64,000 nt of DNA from Bdellovibrionota bacterium (GTDB lineage: Bacteria > Bdellovibrionota > UBA1018 > UBA923): assembly GCA_040754655.1 (NCBI GenBank), contig JBFMCE010000003.1, positions 1-64,000 on the forward strand. The letters run 5' to 3'. This document shows positions 61,594-64,000 of the stretch, in pieces (position 1 is the first letter of the stretch; every line of letters starts with the position of its first letter). Both the position numbers and the translations under genes were made by a program. The notes under the pieces are model-generated. The model did not search any database, was not told where the DNA came from, and saw nothing but the letters and a program-made list of their open reading frames with translations.

Positions 61594-62891
61594 AGAAGTT
61601 CGGCATTCTTCTAGCAGCTCTTGTGAGCGTATTGATCCTTGCGGAAATCCTTGTCGTCACGCTGGTGGATCTCGAAGCATACAAACCCATAGTACTAGCG
61701 AAAGTACACGAAAGAATAAGTGGGAAGCTTGAGCTGGGAAAAATTCGTCCTAGCATTTGGACGGGTCCCAAAATTTGGATCGAAAGCATGCGCCTTGCGG
61801 ATGAACGAGGACGAACGGCCATGAAGGCGCAAGACGTGACTCTGCGTTTCTCGCTCCTTTCGTTATTGGCGGGGCAACCCAAAGTTCAACTGAGGCTCGA
61901 TAGCCCGGTGTTTACGCTCATCAAAGACAAAAGCGGTCCATACAATGTGCAGATGCTGCTTGCAAAACCGAAGGGTCGATCGACATCGGCGGTGCTCGAT
62001 TGGAAAGAGCGCCTCATCGGTTTTGCAAAGAAAACCAAAGGCAAACTCTTGATCAGCGGAGCCCTTGTCGAAGTCATAGAAGAGGAATCAGGAAGAAGAG
62101 CCACGATCGATGATGCAGATCTCAAAGTCGATAATATTGCCGCAAGGGGCGACATCTCGTTCGAAGCTTCAACCGAACTCAGAACGATCATACACCATGG
62201 GATCAGGCTCTCTGGCTTAGCCTCTACGGCCGGCATAGCGTCGTTATCGGATGGAGAAGATGGATCGAAGATCGTGGCGTTTCAGGCAAGGGTGGATTTG
62301 AGCCCTGTGGACATCGCTTATCATGGAAAGTTCAACAAGCACAAAGGCGCAGCCTTTCTGCTAGACGCCAAGGGATCTGTTTCCAAACAAAAGATTGATC
62401 TTTCTTCAGCAGAATTTCGGCTTGGCCAGATGTTTCTCGAAGGCAATGGATCGGTTGCAAAACAAGATGATGCCCGGTCTGTCGATTTGAAAATGAAGTC
62501 TAACAGGGTCGACCTAGGCGAATTGGCCAAGATTCTGCCTCGGGCGAAGTCATCAGGTCTAGACGGAACCGTTGAGTTTTCAGCCCATGTTTATGGCCTC
62601 AAAAGCGATATTCAAGGCAACGGCAATGCGCATTTGTCGGAAGTCACGTGGAAGCCCAAGATGACCCAGGCGGCTTCTCTTATGATTACGGGTGACATGA
62701 AAGTCGATCTAGATCGACAGCGCGGAATGAATGTAGATGCGAACGCAAAAGGATTTGATTCCAGCCTTTTCAGCAAAGCCATGAAAACTTTTCTAAACTC
62801 TCGCTTTTCCTCGGGCTCCGCTCAAGGAAAGCGGGATATTGACCACGATCTCATACAACTACTCGCCGGACTCGAAGCGGCCCGGCGTTGA
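61590..62891 (+). CDS. AsmA-family-like membrane-anchored protein
   Basis: N-terminal TM, DLEAYKP.V, beta-rich repeats; GTG start after GGAGG. Confidence 0.65.
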   Translation: MKKFGILLAALVSVLILAEILVVTLVDLEAYKPIVLAKVHERISGKLELGKIRPSIWTGPKIWIESMRLADERGRTAMKAQDVTLRFSLLSLLAGQPKVQLRLDSPVFTLIKDKSGPYNVQMLLAKPKGRSTSAVLDWKERLIGFAKKTKGKLLISGALVEVIEEESGRRATIDDADLKVDNIAARGDISFEASTELRTIIHHGIRLSGLASTAGIASLSDGEDGSKIVAFQARVDLSPVDIAYHGKFNKHKGAAFLLDAKGSVSKQKIDLSSAEFRLGQMFLEGNGSVAKQDDARSVDLKMKSNRVDLGELAKILPRAKSSGLDGTVEFSAHVYGLKSDIQGNGNAHLSEVTWKPKMTQAASLMITGDMKVDLDRQRGMNVDANAKGFDSSLFSKAMKTFLNSRFSSGSAQGKRDIDHDLIQLLAGLEAARR

Positions 62892-64000
62892 GTTTCTTTT
62901 CAGTGCATAGCCAGCCAAATGATCTACGGTCCGACTGACTTCGGGATTGATGGCAGGATTGAGTTGCGGCGCCTTAGACTGATAATCGATATAGGCATAA
63001 ACTTTTTCGTTATACACCGGCAGGCTATAACACCGGTCGAATAGATACCAATAGGAAAACTTCAAGAAGTTTTCCCGGTGATCCTGTTGCTTGAACTTTG
63101 CAATGAGATCGGCGGGTGCTGAGAGCATTTCAAAGTATTCTTCGGGCGTCTTAGGCTCAAATGCCGATCCCGAGCCATAAGTACGGGATCGGGCAGCCAA
63201 GACCGCTGGTTTATTCAGGTAAGGCAATTCAAGCCCGATCATCCCGTCAAAGACCAGCCCAACATCCACATGATGGAGGATGAATTCATAGGTGTTCAAT
63301 TTAACATCCGAGGAAATGATTGAAATGTTCTTGATTTGATCCAGGTGCGGAACGCGCGCACGGATCATGGGTTCAAGCTTTTGGCTGTACGTGAGAATTG
63401 TGGCTTCGCTCGGATGGATCCTCAGCACAAGGTGACTTTCAGGATGTGATGAGAAGAACTTCACGGTGGCCACGATCCAGTCGATCGCGCTCTTGAAGAG
63501 AGTATTTCTTTGGACAATGTCCCCATCCCAGATGACGTTGGGAAAGAGCGCAAAGGTGTGTTTCGCATTTCCTTTTTCGATTTTCGGAAGAGTCCACGTT
63601 TCCATGCCTTTATAATAACGTCTGGTGTCAATGGCGCCCCCGGAAATGCGAGACCGGAAATACTCTTCCACCTGAAGTTTTTGTTCCGCTGAAAGAGCGG
63701 TTTTTCGAAAAGTTTCCCAGCTTCGATCGTTGGTGATGAAGTTGACTGTATTTTCGTAAATGCTGATGCGTTGCGGCCGATAGACTGAAGGGTAATAAAC
63801 CAAGCAGGATTGCCCTTTTGACTTTAAATAGTCTAAAGCCGGACCCCAAACAGAATAGATTCCATGCGAGGTGACATACAGGTTAGGCTTCAAATGCTGC
63901 TCAACGTATCGCGCTACTTTTTTCGAGATCTGGCAGTTCTTCAGGCATACCTCGAAGAACATCGTGTATGCAGGATCCTCCCAACGCATTTCGCCGCTTT
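62859..64000 (-). CDS. Capsule-synthesis-like GT-B protein (5' end probably beyond the window; candidate ulosonate transferase)
   Basis: SHGIY, PNVIWD, LRIHPSE, GMIGLELPYL.KP; the frame is open to the window edge. Confidence 0.6.
   Translation of the reverse strand, partial: SGEMRWEDPAYTMFFEVCLKNCQISKKVARYVEQHLKPNLYVTSHGIYSVWGPALDYLKSKGQSCLVYYPSVYRPQRISIYENTVNFITNDRSWETFRKTALSAEQKLQVEEYFRSRISGGAIDTRRYYKGMETWTLPKIEKGNAKHTFALFPNVIWDGDIVQRNTLFKSAIDWIVATVKFFSSHPESHLVLRIHPSEATILTYSQKLEPMIRARVPHLDQIKNISIISSDVKLNTYEFILHHVDVGLVFDGMIGLELPYLNKPAVLAARSRTYGSGSAFEPKTPEEYFEMLSAPADLIAKFKQQDHRENFLKFSYWYLFDRCYSLPVYNEKVYAYIDYQSKAPQLNPAINPEVSRTVDHLAGYALKRNSTPGRFESGE

Overview
The window opens with housekeeping genes (HU, an SH3/beta-barrel outer-membrane protein, a NUDIX hydrolase, tRNA-Thr(CGT)). 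The remaining ~62 kb is a surface-glycan biosynthesis island that runs past the right edge. The HNH family and gene style suggest a Bdellovibrionota-like host, but that is inference only. The island carries parts of apparently three nonulosonic (sialic-like) acid pathways. (1) 1936-11977: a minus-strand block with a short NeuB, a KdsC-type HAD phosphatase, NeuA, a sugar-phosphate epimerase, two SDRs, a class III aminotransferase, a VOC protein and a methyltransferase. It is interrupted by a methyltransferase, a lipoprotein and an HNH nuclease with a sigma54-type promoter. (2) 42878-59122: a 17-gene, tightly coupled pseudaminic acid operon (pseB, pseC, pseG, pseH, pseI) with extra tailoring enzymes: an aldo-keto reductase, a cytidylyltransferase-aminotransferase fusion, a second GNAT and two amidotransferase/HisH/HisF sets. 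It is headed by a small Xis/BldC-like HTH gene whose promoter carries 10-bp-phased repeats. (3) From 59098: legionaminic-type genes (NeuD-like, CBS-nucleotidyltransferase, CMP-synthetase). Between these blocks lie glycosyltransferases, three GT-C-like membrane proteins, an ABC flippase, an initiating phosphoglycosyltransferase, an O-antigen-ligase-like protein, a STELLO-family module, further SAM methyltransferases (six in the window in total) and a 125-bp MITE-like inverted-repeat element. No CRISPR array, integrase or transposase was seen. All family calls come from motif recognition by eye; no database searches were run.
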